Positions 39,045-53,044 of a stretch of 64,000 nucleotides of DNA are shown in pieces. The stretch is from Eledone cirrhosa (taxonomy: Eukaryota), in NCBI GenBank assembly GCA_964016885.1, contig OZ024742.1:196664001-196728000 (forward strand), read 5' to 3'. The stretch's first letter is position 1, and every line of letters begins with the position of its first letter. The position numbers were made by a program, and so were the translations under genes. The notes beneath the pieces are model-generated. The model was given only the letters and a program-made list of their open reading frames with translations, did no database searches and had not been told where the DNA came from.

Positions 39045-39385
39045 TCATCATCATCTTACGTCCATTTTTCCATGTTTGTATGGATAGATGGGTTTTTGCA
39101 AGCACAGCATACCCCCGTTTGTTGTTGTCTTTGTCATCTCCTCTGTCAGCTTCAGCAATTCCAGATCAGTTATCACTACCTCTGCCTAGGTCTTTCTTGG
39201 TTTCCCACTACTGCAGCTTCCTTCCACTGGGATTTCTTGGCATTTCTTCATCCAATGATTGTTATCCATATGCATCACATGATCACATTACATCTGATTC
39301 CTCTTACACCCAGTTTTTCTTTTATCTCATCTATGCTTTAATGTTCACACATAGTAACATTGCACATCCTTTAGAACATGCTTGC
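39045..39385 (-). mobile_element. Decayed RTE-like LINE 3' fragment
   Basis: Similar to 24740-25100 (ACATTGCACATCC...CATGCTTGC; CATCACATG); (GAT)n tail. Confidence 0.55.
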
Positions 39386-39414
39386 TAATCTTCTGTGTTT
39401 TTGTAATCTTTCAG

Positions 39415-39671
39415 TTTGTCTGTGTTTGGTCAGCCTGCCACTACTGGCAGCAGCAGTGGTAGTACTGGAAGTATATTTGGTAGTACCAATAACCAGTCGT
39501 CCACTGCACCATCTTCAGCTGGTGGCATTTCATCAGGTTTGTTCTCATCAGGAGGATCAACAGCATTCTTCAGTGGTCTCGGTGGGAAGCCAAGTGAAGA
39601 GAATGCTAACCAGAACATCTTTGGCAATGCTAACCAGGTGTACAGTCCAACAGCACCAGCTCAGAATGCAG
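39415..39671 (+). CDS. NUP214: NUP214 coding exon (FG)
   Basis: tttcag|T TTG...GCA G|gtaagg; contains FFSGLGGKPSEENANQNIFG, the conserved FFSGLGGKPS motif; phase 2 to 1. Confidence 0.92.
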
Positions 39672-40454
39672 GTAAGGAAAGATGCTTTCACTTAGAAATG
39701 ATGACACGGTAGGTTAAACAGGTACAGCGTGACATACCACCAATCCTCTCGATCCTTTGTCAACATTGAAATATGGCCTGTTGTCTTCTGTACATCCCAA
39801 AATGATGAAAATAATGTTCATTATTGGGTTGATTTTTTTCCCTTCACTACATAACCATCATTAAACGTTTGTTTTTCCTGGAAGGGTCATCATAGACCAA
39901 GTCAGTACTTAATTGAAACCAAATTTCCTGAACAGAGTATCACAGGGACTCATTCACCCATCCATTCTTTTCAATATATACCTATAAGACCGTCCTATAT
40001 AAATTGGTAAGATTTTAATGTGTCCGTGAAATGCAACAGACATATCTTTCTGGCACAGTGTGAAGTAATATATTGCTTAACCCTTTAGCATTTAAACCAT
40101 CTGTATTTGGCCAGAATTCTCTCACCTCTTTCTGTTCAAACTGGCTGTAACCAACCATTCATACTGATGTTAAGGTATTGTTCTCAAAATAAATAATATC
40201 AAAATCAGATAGATTCAATATTATGTGAGGTAAAGCCTTTACCTAAAAAATACAATAGTAAATATAGAGTAATGTAAATGCTAAACACCAATTTATATTA
40301 TCATAGGTATCTACATTTGCATCAGAATCATTCAAAATGAAACATTGAATATCAATCTTAGCCTCTGTGATTTTTCCACAACTTCTGATCAATATATATA
40401 TATATACTAATAGTAACTAAACATTTCACAGAAATAAACTATATATATGGAGTA

Positions 40455-40927
40455 AGTAGACCCAGAAAAACCTGGAACGACTTGATAAATTCCGACCTTG
40501 CACACTTGCACCTCTCTAAGACAATGTCACTGGATCGAGATCTTTGGTGCCACGCAGTAATACAGAAGACCCGCGTTCCCTACGTGCAAAGTTAACCTAC
40601 AGTCTGTAGGCCCCTCCAAACCAAACATACATCCAAACCCACTACCTCTACTCCCTACCCTTCCACTCCCGCCAACACCACCCTTTCTCTATAAAGTTAT
40701 GTTGGTACCACAACATCCAGTCCAAACTAATGAGGTTGTGTAAGTAACACAATAAAAAGCTCCCAGTCCACACTGTAAATGTGGTTGGTGTTAGGAAGAG
40801 CATCCAACCGTAGAAAACCTGCCAGGTGAGTGAGACATGGTCACCCGACCAATCTTACCTCAAATGAGACAATTCCCGTCTAACCCATGCTAGCGTGGAA
40901 GATAGACATTAAACGATGATGATAATG
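40455..40927 (+). mobile_element. RTE-like LINE 3' fragment with full 3' UTR
   Basis: Reverse complement of about 3790-4430 (AGACCCAGAAAAACCTGG...GAAGACCCG...GTTAGGAAGAGCATCC...CCCATGCTAGCGTGGAAGATAGACATTAAACGATGATGAT). Shorter tail copies at about 738-1040, 2025-2190, 14360-14620, 28675-28845, 41315-41620, 45250-45400. Confidence 0.75.
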
Positions 40928-41692
40928 ATAGTTTTCTTCTGATTCCATTGTTTTATAAATAGACGGGCCAGTTTCTAACATAGAAACAAGACTTTTTCCA
41001 TTGGAATTTAGACATCAACTAGCTATATACATGTGTGGGTGCAGCTATGGATGTTATTGCATGTGTGGATCTGTATATTTTGAGTTATGTGTACACACGC
41101 ATATGTCTGTCTCTATGTGTGTGTATGTGTGTATATGCTTTTATTACATACTGAATTTCTGAAATGTTTTACATATTTTCACACTTCCATTAATGGATTG
41201 TACTTGCAACTTCCTAACTAGTCATGTTCTTTCTGGTTCTGTGAAGCCCCACTTATGTTGTATGCGTGTGTGTGTGTGTGTACACATTCAAATGGCTAAG
41301 ATTTAAATATGATGTTTTGCCATGATAAAAAGCGACCAGTCCACTCTGTAAAGTGGTCGTGTTGGTGACATGAGAAAAAGCACCCACTCCACTCTGTATA
41401 GTGGTTGTGTTGGTGTCACAACAAAAAGCATCCAGTCCAAAAAGCACCTAGTTCACACTGTAAATGTGTTAGGAAGGGTATCCAGCCTTAGAAACCAAGC
41501 CAGAAACAGTTCTGTATGAGCAAGACAGTCACCTGACCTGACTTGTCTCACAACAGGACAACTTGTCTAACCCATGCTAGTATGGAAAAATAGACGTTAA
41601 ACGGTAATGATGATGATGTATGTTGTATAAAATTTAATGAAGTAATTGAGATGATATTACTAATGCTATTTTCTCTTTCAATTTCCCCACAG

Positions 41693-41835
41693 CTAACCTG
41701 TTTGGTTCCCAGTCCACTGCATCAGGTTTCAAGAGTGTCTCTCTGGCCAGTTCTAAACTGAGCAACACCTTCAGCTTTGGTTCAACAAACACTGGTGGCA
41801 GTGTGGCCAGTTCTGGCTTTGGACTTGGACAACAA

Positions 41836-41867
<32 letters not shown>

Positions 41868-41932
41868 ACAACAACAACAACAACAACAACTACAACAGCA
41901 GCAGCAACCAAATCAACAGCAGCAACAGCAAG
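41693..41932 (+). CDS. NUP214: NUP214 coding exon (FG plus polyQ)
   Basis: ccacag|CT AAC...CAA G|gttaat; NLFGSQ...FSFGSTNTGGSVASSGFGLG followed by Q20-L-Q5-PN-Q6; phase 1 to 1. Confidence 0.87.
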
Positions 41933-42155
41933 GTTAATAACTATATATGGCATCATTAACTAAGTGTTGACAGATGGCACCTTACAGCTAGACTGTGGCC
42001 GTGTGTACATGTGTGAGGCACCTAGACAATAGCTGTGTGTGTCACCTAGACAGTGGTAGTGTGTACATGTGTGGGTGTGTGTGTGTATGTCACCTAGATT
42101 GGCAGTGTGTACGTGTGTGTATTACCTAGACAGTGCCAGTGTGTACATGTGTGTT

Positions 42156-43090
42156 CATCATTGTTAGCATCACCATGACTACAATCACTACCACCACCAC
42201 CATCAGCATCACCACCATCACCACCATCAGCACCACCACCATCATCATCATCACCACTACCACCAATATCATCACCACCACTATCATCACCACCACTATC
42301 ATCACCACCACCACCACCACCACCACCATCACCATCACCACCACCACCACTATCAACATCACCACCACCACCACCAATATCACATCATCACCACCACCAC
42401 CACCACCAATATCATCACCACCACTATCAACATCACCACCACCACCACTACAATCATCACCACCACCTCCACTATCAACATCACCACCACCACCACTATC
42501 AACATCACCACCACCACCACTATCAACATCATCACCACCACCACCACTATCATCACCACCACCACTATCATCACCACCACCACCACTATCATCATCAACC
42601 ACTATCATCATCATCACCACCACCACTATCATCACCACCACCACCACTATCACCACCACCACCACCACCACTATCAACATCACCACCACCACTATCAACA
42701 TCACCACCACCACTATCAACATCACCACCACCACTATCATCACCACCACCACCACTATCAACATCACCACCACCACCACTATCAACATCACCACCACCAC
42801 CACTATCAACATCATCACCACCACTACTATCAGCACCACCACCACCACTATCATCACCACCACCACTATCATCACCACCACCACCACCACTATCATCATC
42901 ATCAACCACTATCATCATCATCACCACCACTACTATCATCACCACCACCACCACCACTATCATCACCACCACCACCACCACTATCATCACCACCACCACC
43001 ACCACTATCAACATCACCACCACCACTATCAACATCACCACCACTATCAACATCACCACCACCACCACTATCAACATCACCATCACCATT
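42156..43090. repeat. Complex (CAC/CAT)n trinucleotide repeat
   Basis: About 930 bp of CACCACCACTATCA(A/T)CAT variants. Confidence 0.95.
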
Positions 43091-43147
43091 GACTAAAAGT
43101 ATACTGCAGATATATACTAACCTATTACTTTTTGTTCCTCATTTCAG

Positions 43148-43364
43148 CAAGTGCATTTGGTGGCTCACCAAGTTTCAGTTCATCAACATCGTTTGGTGGA
43201 GCTCCAGCTTTTGGAAGTAAACCTGCTTTTGGAGGTAGTGCTGCATTTACTGGCTCCACTTTTGGAAGTGGGGCTTCACAGCTATTTTCTGCCCCCTTCG
43301 CTAGTGGCACAGCAAGTGTTTTTGGACAACAGTCAAATAACAACACTTCAGCTGGATTTGCTAA
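43148..43364 (+). CDS. NUP214: NUP214 coding exon (dense FG repeats)
   Basis: tttcag|CA AGT...GCT AA|gtaaat; SAFGGSPSF...FGGAPAFGSKPAFGGSAAF; phase 1 to 2. Confidence 0.92.
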
Positions 43365-43702
43365 GTAAATATCTACATTTTCACATGTTTCTCTGTCTGT
43401 GTGTGTGTATCTATGTGCATGTGTGTGTGTGTGTGTGTGTGTGTCTCTGTGTGTATCTGTGTGCACACATCAACTATCAGAGGTTCAAGCTGAACATCTG
43501 CCATATTGCTTTCACCCAGTTTAGAGCCACTGCAAAAGTAATGGGCACTTACTTTTCTTTCTGATAAAACTATACAAACAAGACTATAGAGCATGTAGTC
43601 TAGTGCTGTAGCATTTCTACCAACTCTTTGCCCTAATCTAGATCATTGTTAACTTCCATTACTGTATTTCTAATGGAAGATACTACCAATATTTTCCAAA
43701 TA

Positions 43703-45169
43703 ATCATCATCATCATCATCACCGTTTTACGTCCGTTCTTCCACGCTAGCATGGGTTAGACGGGTTGTCCTGTTGTGGGCAGTGTCTGATCGGCTGACCA
43801 TGCCTTGCTCATACAGGAACTGATTTGGCTTGATTTCTACAGCTGGATGCCCTTCCTAACACCAATCTCATTTACAGTGAGTGCTGGGTGCTTTTTCGTG
43901 GCGCCTACACGTCCACTTTACAGTGTGGGCTGGGTGCTTTTTTGCCGTGGCACCTCCATGACCACCTTGCGGTGTGGGGGCATATTGTCTATATGCTTCA
44001 GCTTGTACCCATGGGAGGTTGGGTACTCTGTATTACTGCGTGACGCCAGAGGTCACGGTCATGTGTCATTGCCTTTGAGAGGTGTAATTGGGTAAGGTCG
44101 GCTTTTATCACCTCATCCCAGGTCATCTTGGGTCTCCCCACTCCGCAGTTTCCATCGACTTCTAGTGCTCTGCACCTTTTTATGTAGCTGTCATCCTTCA
44201 TACGCATCACATGTCCATACCAACGCAACCGCCTCTCCTGCACACAGCATTTGATTCCTCTTATGCTCAGTCTCTCTCTCAATTCATTTATGCTTTGTCG
44301 TTCGCGTATATTACTATTACACATCCATTGGAGCATGCAGGCTTCGTTTCTCTCTAATCTACGTAAGTCTTCCACCTTCAGCGCCCAGGTCTCACTACCA
44401 TGCAACATTGCTGTTCAGGTACACGCATCATACAGTCTGCCTTTCATTTTGAAGGAGAAGCCTTTTGCAGCTAGCAGTGGTAGTAGTTCCCTAAACTTCT
44501 TCCATCCCGTTCTTACCCTAGTTATTGTACTTTCTGAACACCCACCTCCGCTGCTAATTCGGTCACCTAGGTAGCAGAAGCTGTCTACTGTTTCTACAGA
44601 GCCCTCCCAGAGATTGGTGGTACTTGTTTCCTGTGGCTGTTTGCTGCTTGCTGTCCCAGCACAGCTGCTGCATGTGAAGCCTACATTCTTAATTAAGCTT
44701 CCTGAGATCCCGCTACATCTCTTGTGTACCCATTGTTTGCATTTGGGGCAGAGAATGGAGTTCCTACCTACACCTTTCCTACATACTGAGCAAGGCCATT
44801 TCCCTGAGGGGATCTGGGTTCTGTCTTCTCGTCTACTTACAAGGACCTTAGTCTTTGTCATGTTGACTTTGAGACCCTTTCTTTCTAGTCCCTGCTTCCA
44901 AGTTTGTCTCTAGTTCTACCATAGATTCAGCTATAAGTGCGAGGTCATCAGCATACAGGAGTTCCCATGGGCATCCGGTCTTAAACTCCTCCGTTATTGC
45001 CTGCAGGACTATAATGAACAGGAGGGGGCTAAGAACAGAGCCCTGGTGGACCCAAACCTGTACGCTAAATTCCTCGCTATACTCATTGCTAATCCTAACT
45101 TTGCTGACTGCTCCCCTATACATGTATAGGGGAGCAGTCAGCAAAGTTAGGATTAGCAATGAGTATAGC
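43703..45169 (-). mobile_element. 5'-truncated RTE-like LINE (PHD finger in RT) with fold-back 5' end
   Basis: ORFs 44848..45159 (LLYADD), 44415..44861 (PHD, FCYLG) and 43998..44408 (LRWYGH); (GAT)n tail at 43703-43720. Confidence 0.9.
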
Positions 45170-45569
45170 TTGTACCGCTTTCACAATAATCTGAAAAATA
45201 ATTGAGATTTTGGAGGGATTTCATAATACAGCTAACTTTATTATCTATTGGCATTAAGAAGGGTATCCAGCCATAGAAAATCAGCCAGAAACAGTCATAT
45301 ATGAGCGAGACACAGTCACCTGACCCAACTTGCCTCTAATGGGACAGACCCGTCTAACCCATGCTAGCGTGGAAGATAGATGTTAAACGATGATAATGAT
45401 GTTTGGAATATAACTTAAAGGTTCTTACATAAAATTATGGTGGTAGTTTTTTTAATAAATATGAACACTTTAACAAAACTGGTAGGGTAGAACCAGGGGT
45501 GGTTTCAGGTGGTTTGGTACCAAGCTCTTGTGACATACTCATGTATGATATATTTATCTCATTATTTAG

Positions 45570-45742
45570 CTTTGCCCAGAGCAGCAGTCCAACATTTGGC
45601 AGTTTAGCCCAAACCTCTCCAGTACAAGGTTTCAATGAAGGCAGCCCTCCAAATACTGGTAGTTTCAGTGGATTTGGCACACCTTCCACATTTGGAGGAG
45701 GAGGAGGAGGAGGAGGTGGTGGAGGTGGTGGAAGCACTGGAG
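45570..45742 (+). CDS. NUP214: NUP214 coding exon (FG plus polyG)
   Basis: atttag|C TTT...GGA G|gtaaga; FAQSSSPTFGSLAQ...FSGFGTPSTFG(G)n; phase 2 to 1. Confidence 0.9.
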
Positions 45743-45859
45743 GTAAGATTTCCATTTAAGGACAGTAGTTTACTTGGGTAGTCATCTACTCACCCAGTAC
45801 CTTCTGTAAAGTAGCTGCTGTTAGGATGAGTATCCAGATGTAGAAAATATGCCAAAAAT

Positions 45860-48800
45860 GGACCTCACAACATACTGACCATTACTGCACCATAGTGGAC
45901 CTCACAACATACTGACCATTACTACACCATAGTGGACCTCACAACATACTGACCTTTACTACACCATAGTGGACCTCACAACATACTGACCTTTACTGCA
46001 CCATAGTGGACCTCACAACATACTGACCATTACTGCACCATAGTGGACCTCACAACATACTGACCATTACTACACCATAGTGGACCTCACAACATACTGA
46101 CCTTTACTGCACCATAGTGGACCTCACAACATACTGACCATTACTGCACCATAGTGGACCTCACAACATACTGACCATTACTACACCATAGTGGACCTCA
46201 CAACATACTGACCATTACTACACCATAGTGGACCTCACAACATACTGACCTTTACTACACCATAGTGGACCTCACAACATACTGACCTTTACTGCACCAT
46301 AGTGGACCTCACAACATACTGACCATTACTGCACCATAGTGGACCTCACAACATACTGACCTTTACTACACCATAGTGGACCTCACAACATACTGACCTT
46401 TACTGCACCATAGTGGACCTCACAACATACTGACCATTACTGCACCATAGTGGACCTCACAACATACTGACCATTACTACACCATAGTGGACCTCACAAC
46501 ATACTGACCATTACTACACCATAGTGGACCTCACAACATACTGACCATTACTGCACCATAGTGGACCTCACAACATACTGACCATTACTACACCATAGTA
46601 AACCTCACAACATACTGACCATTACTGCACCATAGTGGACCTCACAACATACTGACCTTTGCTGCACCATAGTGGACCTCACAACATACTGACCATTACT
46701 ACACCATAGTAAACCTCACAACATACTGACCGTTACTGCACCATAGTAAACCTCACAACATACTGACCATTACTGCACCATAGTAAACCTCACAACATAC
46801 TGACCATTACTGCACCATAGTGGACCTCACAACATACTGACCATTACAACACCATAGTGGACCTCACAACATACTGACCATTACTGCACCATAGTGGACC
46901 TCACAACATACTGACCATTACTGCACCATAGTGGACCTCACAACATACTGACCATTACTGCACCATAGTGGACCTCACAACATACTGACCATTACTGCAC
47001 CATAGTAAACCTCACAACATACTGACCATTACTGCACCATAATGGACCTCACAACATACTGACCATTACTGCACCATAGTAAACCTCACAACATACTGAC
47101 CATTACTGCACCATAGTGGACCTCACAACATACTGACCATTACTGCACCATAGTGGACCTCACAACATACTGACCATTACTGCACCATAGTAAACCTCAC
47201 AACATACTGACCATTACTGCACCATAGTGGACCTCACAACATACTGACCTTTACTACACCATAGTGGACCTCACAACATACTGACCTTTACTGCACCATA
47301 GTGGACCTCACAACATACTGACCATTACTGCACCATAGTGGAACTCACAACATACTGACCATTACTGCACCATAGTGGAACTCACAACATACTGACCATT
47401 ACTACACCATAGTGGACCTCACAACATACTGACCATTACTACACCATAGTAAACCTCACAACATACTGACCATTACTGCACCATAGTGGACCTCACAACA
47501 TACTGACCATTACTGCACCATAGTAAACCTCACAACATACTGACCATTACTGCACCATAGTGGACCTCACAACATACTGACCATTACTGCACCATAGTGG
47601 ACCTCACAACATACTGACCATTACTACACCATAGTGGACCTCACAACATACTGACCATTACTACACCATAGTAAACCTCACAACATACTGACCATTACTG
47701 CACCATAGTGGACCTCACAACATACTGACCATTACTGCACCATAGTAAACCTCACAACATACTGACCATTACTGCACCATAGTGGACCTCACAACATACT
47801 GACCATTACAACACCATAGTGGACCTCACAACATACTGACCATTACTGCACCATAGTGGAACTCACAACATACTGACCATTACTGCACCATAGTGGACCT
47901 CACAACATACTGACCTTTACTGCACCATAGTGGACCTCACAACATACTGACCATTACTACACCATAGTAAACCTCACAACATACTGACCATTACTGCACC
48001 ATAGTGGAACTCACAACATACTGACCATTACAACACCATAGTGGACCTCACAACATACTGACCATTACTGCACCATAGTGGAACTCACAACATACTGACC
48101 ATTACAACACCATAGTGGACCTCACAACATACTGACCATTACTGCACCATAGTGGAACTCCCAACATACTGACCATTACAACACCATAGTGGAACTCACA
48201 ACATACTGACCTTTACTGCACCATAGTGGACCTCACAACATACTGACCATTACTGCACCATAGTGGACCTCACAACATACTGACCTTTACTACACCATAG
48301 TGGACCTCACAACATACTGACCTTTACTGCACCATAGTGGACCTCACAACATACTGACCTTTACTGCACCATAGTGGACCTCACAACATACTGACCTTTA
48401 CTACACCATAGTGGACCTCACAACATACTGACCTTTACTGCACCATAGTGGACCTCACACCATACTGACCATTACTACACCATAGTGGACCTCACAACAT
48501 ACTGACCATTACTGCACCATAGTGGACCTCACACCATACTGACCATTACTGCACCATAGTGGACCTCACAACATACTGACCATTACTGCACCATAGTGGA
48601 CCTCACAACATACTGACCATTACTGCACCATAGTGGATCTCACAACATACTGACCATTACTGCACCATAGTAGACCTCACAACATACTGACCATTACTGC
48701 ACCATAGTGGACCTCACACCATACTGACCATTACTACACCATAGTGGACCTCACAACATACTGACCTTTACTGCACCATAGTGGAACTCACAACATACTG

Positions 48801-50954
48801 ACCATTACTGCACCATAGTGGACCTCACAACATACTGACCTTTACTGCACCATAGTGGACCTCACAACATACTGACCATTACTGCACCATAGTGGACCTC
48901 ACAACATACTGACCTTTACTACACCATAGTGGACCTCACAACATACTGACCTTTACTGCACCATAGTGGACCTCACAACATACTGACCTTTACTGCACCA
49001 TAGTGGACCTCACAACATACTGACCTTTACTACACCATAGTGGACCTCACACCATACTGACCATTACTACACCATAGTGGACCTCACACCATACTGACCA
49101 TTACTACACCATAGTGGACCTCACAACATACTGACCATTACTGCACCATAGTGGACCTCACAACATACTGACCATTACTGCACCATAGTAGACCTCACAA
49201 CATACTGACCATTACTGCACCATAGTGGACCTCACAACATACTGACCATTACTGCACCATAGTGGACCTCACAACATACTGACCTTTACTGCACCATAGT
49301 GGAACTCACAACATACTGACCATTACTGCACCATAGTAGACCTCACAACATACTGACCATTACTGCACCATAGTGGACCTCACAACAGACTGACCATTAC
49401 TACACCATAGTGGACCTCACAACATACTGACCATTACTGCACCATAGTGGACCTCACAACATACTGACCTTTACTGCACCATAGTGGAACTCACAACATA
49501 CTGACCATTACTGCACCATAGTAGACCTCACAACATACTGACCATTACTGCACCATAGTGGACCTCACAACATACTGACCATTACTACACCATAGTGGAC
49601 CTCACAACATACTGACCTTTACTGCACCATAGTGGACCTCACAACATACTGACCTTTACTGCACCATAGTGGACCTCACAACATACTGACCATTACTGCA
49701 CCATAGTGGACCTCACAACATACTGACCTTTACTACACCATAGTGGACCTCACAACATACTGACCTTTACTGCACCATAGTGGACCTCACAACATACTGA
49801 CCTTTACTGCACCATAGTGGACCTCACAACATACTGACCTTTACTACACCATAGTGGACCTCACACCATACTGACCTTTACTGCACCATAGTGGACCTCA
49901 CACCATACTGACCATTACTACACCATAGTGGACCTCACACCATACTGACCATTACTGCACCATAGTGGACCTCACAACATACTGACCATTACTGCACCAT
50001 AGTGGACCTCACAACATACTGACCATTACTGCACCATAGTGGACCTCACAACATACTGCACCATAGTGGACCTCATGTTGTAGTAGTGGTCAGTATGTTG
50101 TGAGGTCCACTATGGTGTAGTAATGGTCAGTATGTTGTGAGGTCCACTATGGTGCAGTAAAGGTCAGTATGTTGTGAGGTCCACTATGGTGCAGTAATGG
50201 TCAGTATGTTGTGAGGTCCACTATGGTGCAGTAATGGTCAGTATGTTGTGAGGTCCACTATGGTGCAGTAATGGTCAGTATGTTGTGAGGTCCACTATGG
50301 TGCAGTAATGGTCAGTATGTTGTGAGGTCCACTATGGTGCAGTAATGGTCAGTATGTTGTGAGGTCCACTATGGTGTAGTAATGGTCAGTATGTTGTGAG
50401 GTCCACTATGGTGCAGTAAAGGTCAGTATGTTGTGAGGTCCACTATGGTGCAGTAATGGTCAGTATGTTGTGAGGTCCACTATGGTGTAGTAATGGTCAG
50501 TATGTTGTGAGGTCCACTATGGTGTAGTAATGGTCAGTATGTTGTGAGGTCCACTATGGTGTAGTAATGGTCAGTATGTTGTGAGGTCCACTATGGTGCA
50601 GTAATGGTCAGTATGTTGTGAGGTCCACTATGGTGCAGTAATGGTCAGTATGTTGTGAGGTCCACTATGGTGTAGTAGTGGTCAATATTTCGTGAGCTCC
50701 ACTATGGTGCAGTAATGACCATTACTGCACCATAATGGACCTCACAACATACTGACTATCACTGCAACACAGTGGATCTTACAACATACTAACTATTACT
50801 ACACCATAGTGGACCTCACAACATACTGACCATTACTACAGCATAGTGGACCTCACAACATACTAACTATTACTACACCATAGTGGACCTCACAACATAC
50901 TGACCATTACTACAGCATAGTGGACCTCACAACATACTGACCATTACTGCACCA
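45860..50954. repeat. 37-bp satellite array with an internal inverted block
   Basis: Unit GGACCTCACAACATACTGACCATTACTGCACCATAGT; about 114 forward copies to about 50075, about 17 inverted copies at 50076-50717, then about 6 more diverged forward copies. Confidence 0.97.
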
Positions 50955-51240
50955 AAATAGGAAGTAGGCTTTAACCCTTTCACAATTAAACCGGCCATAT
51001 CTGGCCAGAATTCTCTCACCTCCTTCTGTTCAAACCGGCCGTGACTCGTTACTCATACTTTTGTTAAGGTATTGCTCTCAAAATAAATACTACCAAAATC
51101 TTGTAGATTTGATATGTGAAAAAACAATAAAATATATAGAGTAATGTAAATGCTAAAGGGTTAATAAAGTGGATACTATGGTAGAAACACACATCCATTT
51201 ACTTTTAATTTTACAAAACTATGTATTTTTTCTTTTTAAG

Positions 51241-51265
51241 GTTTTGGTTCCGGAGCGACATTTGG
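51241..51265 (+). CDS. NUP214: NUP214 25-nt microexon
   Basis: tttttctttttaag|GTTTTGGTTCCGGAGCGACATTTGG|gtaagt; GFGSGATFG; phase 1 to 2 exactly bridges the flanking exons. Confidence 0.82.
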
Positions 51266-53044
51266 GTAAGTTAATGTGCCTTTGTTTGCCCGTGTTTTTG
51301 TTTGTGTGTATATCTTTGTGTGTCTGTGTGTGTGTGCAGGTCTTTGTGTGTGTGTCTTTGTTTGTCCTCAAATAAACCCACTCTACTTTATACAAGGCTA
51401 GTCCTGGCTGAATTTTTAATTATTAACATCCCCTATTATATCTTCCTTGATTTGTGGCATACACACACACACATATATGTACATACACACACAGTACATA
51501 TATACATATATACACACACATATATGTACATGTATACACACATTCACATATGAAGTGAAGTCTATTGGTTGTGATAAATTCTGAGAATAAGTAAACATGA
51601 GTACCAAAATATTAATTTAAAACCTAGTTTTACTTCACTTCACAAAAGATACAATTATTAATGTTCAATGTAATACAATTGTTAAATCTGTGTCTGTGAC
51701 GTGGTCCTTTTTATATTGTTGGAATTAAATCCCTTTAAAAAGCGCAAGGCTTAATCCAAAATAGTGTCTGTTTGACGGCAAAAATCTAGTAGTAGCCATA
51801 ATTTTTTTACGTGTTGATAGAACCGGTGAAATGTTCCAGGCTGAAAAATCCCAGCTATCTTTCTCACAATCGTTCGTTACTGAGCACTGTCCTAATTTTG
51901 TCACTGTGATTCTATATGCAAGAGTTATATCTTCGAGGTCATAGGTCAATGCCTTCGAAAAATCTTGGGAAATTTTCTTCGATACACATACACACATGTA
52001 CGTCAAGGTGTTGTTTGGCTCTAGATCGACTGTGATCGAGCACACCTATATTTGAAGACCATTTCAGTCGTAACCATTCTCTCTTTTACAGTTATATAGA
52101 ACTACTACATTGTCTTAAATAAGGAAAAGACACATTGGACAGATTTCAATTTAAGGGAGTTTTGATGACTATTTTTAGCAGATCCCGCAACTTCATAGAG
52201 GTATACTCGTTGACTAGGGTAGGGTTTTTCAAACTCTGGGGCTCAGAATAAATAGAATGAACTGTCATATTAAAAAAGAATATATACAAAATTAGATTTG
52301 TCTTCTTATAGATTTCATAGGTATATTGTGTTGTTACTTCTGCTGTGGGTGACACTAAAATCCCCTGGCTTAGTGTAATACTGATGTTGACACTCATGGT
52401 ATAAGGCCCTTGGTCTACTTAGATGCTTGATTGTAAAGATTCAAGAAAAAGAGAGAGAGATTAATGTTTAAAATCTTGATCTATAACATTGGTACAAGGC
52501 CGGATGCTTTGGCGGAGGAGACCAGATAGACTTCTTATATGTGAATAATCAGGATAGGCAACTGGTTGTGAATACTCAGTCCTTGCCCAGTGAATCAAAC
52601 AAAATATATTGATTACTAATTGAAAAGTAGGGCGAAATCAGGGCAAGTGAAGCTTTTATAATTATAAAGAAAGTTTATCTGAGGTTTCTTTTTTGAAATG
52701 GTATCTAAATAGCCATTAGTTTTTCAGACGTCATCATCATTTTATATTTGTTTATCCATGCTGGTTGCAGTCCTTTGTCATCTCCTCTGTGAACTGCAGC
52801 AATTTGAGATCATTTCTTACTAGTCTTCCTTGGTCTCACTCTACTATAGCTTATTTCCACTGGGATTTCTTTGCACTTCTTCACCTAACGATTATCAGCC
52901 ATACACATCACTTAACCATACCGGCACAGTCTTCTTTCCTGTACACTACATCTGATTCCTCTCATACCCTGGTATACTTTCATCTCATCCATGCTTATCT
53001 ATGTATAAAGTAGATATAAAAAATTAATATGAAACCTCTCCCTT

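Noticed and set aside
42126-43092. 259-319 aa mucin/extensin-like or His-rich ORFs
   Set aside because: A stop-free trinucleotide repeat inside an intron; the flanking NUP214 exons already join in phase without it
45860-50954. CRISPR array (37-bp repeats)
   Set aside because: The units are directly adjacent with no unique spacers, there are no cas genes, and the context is a eukaryotic intron; it is a satellite
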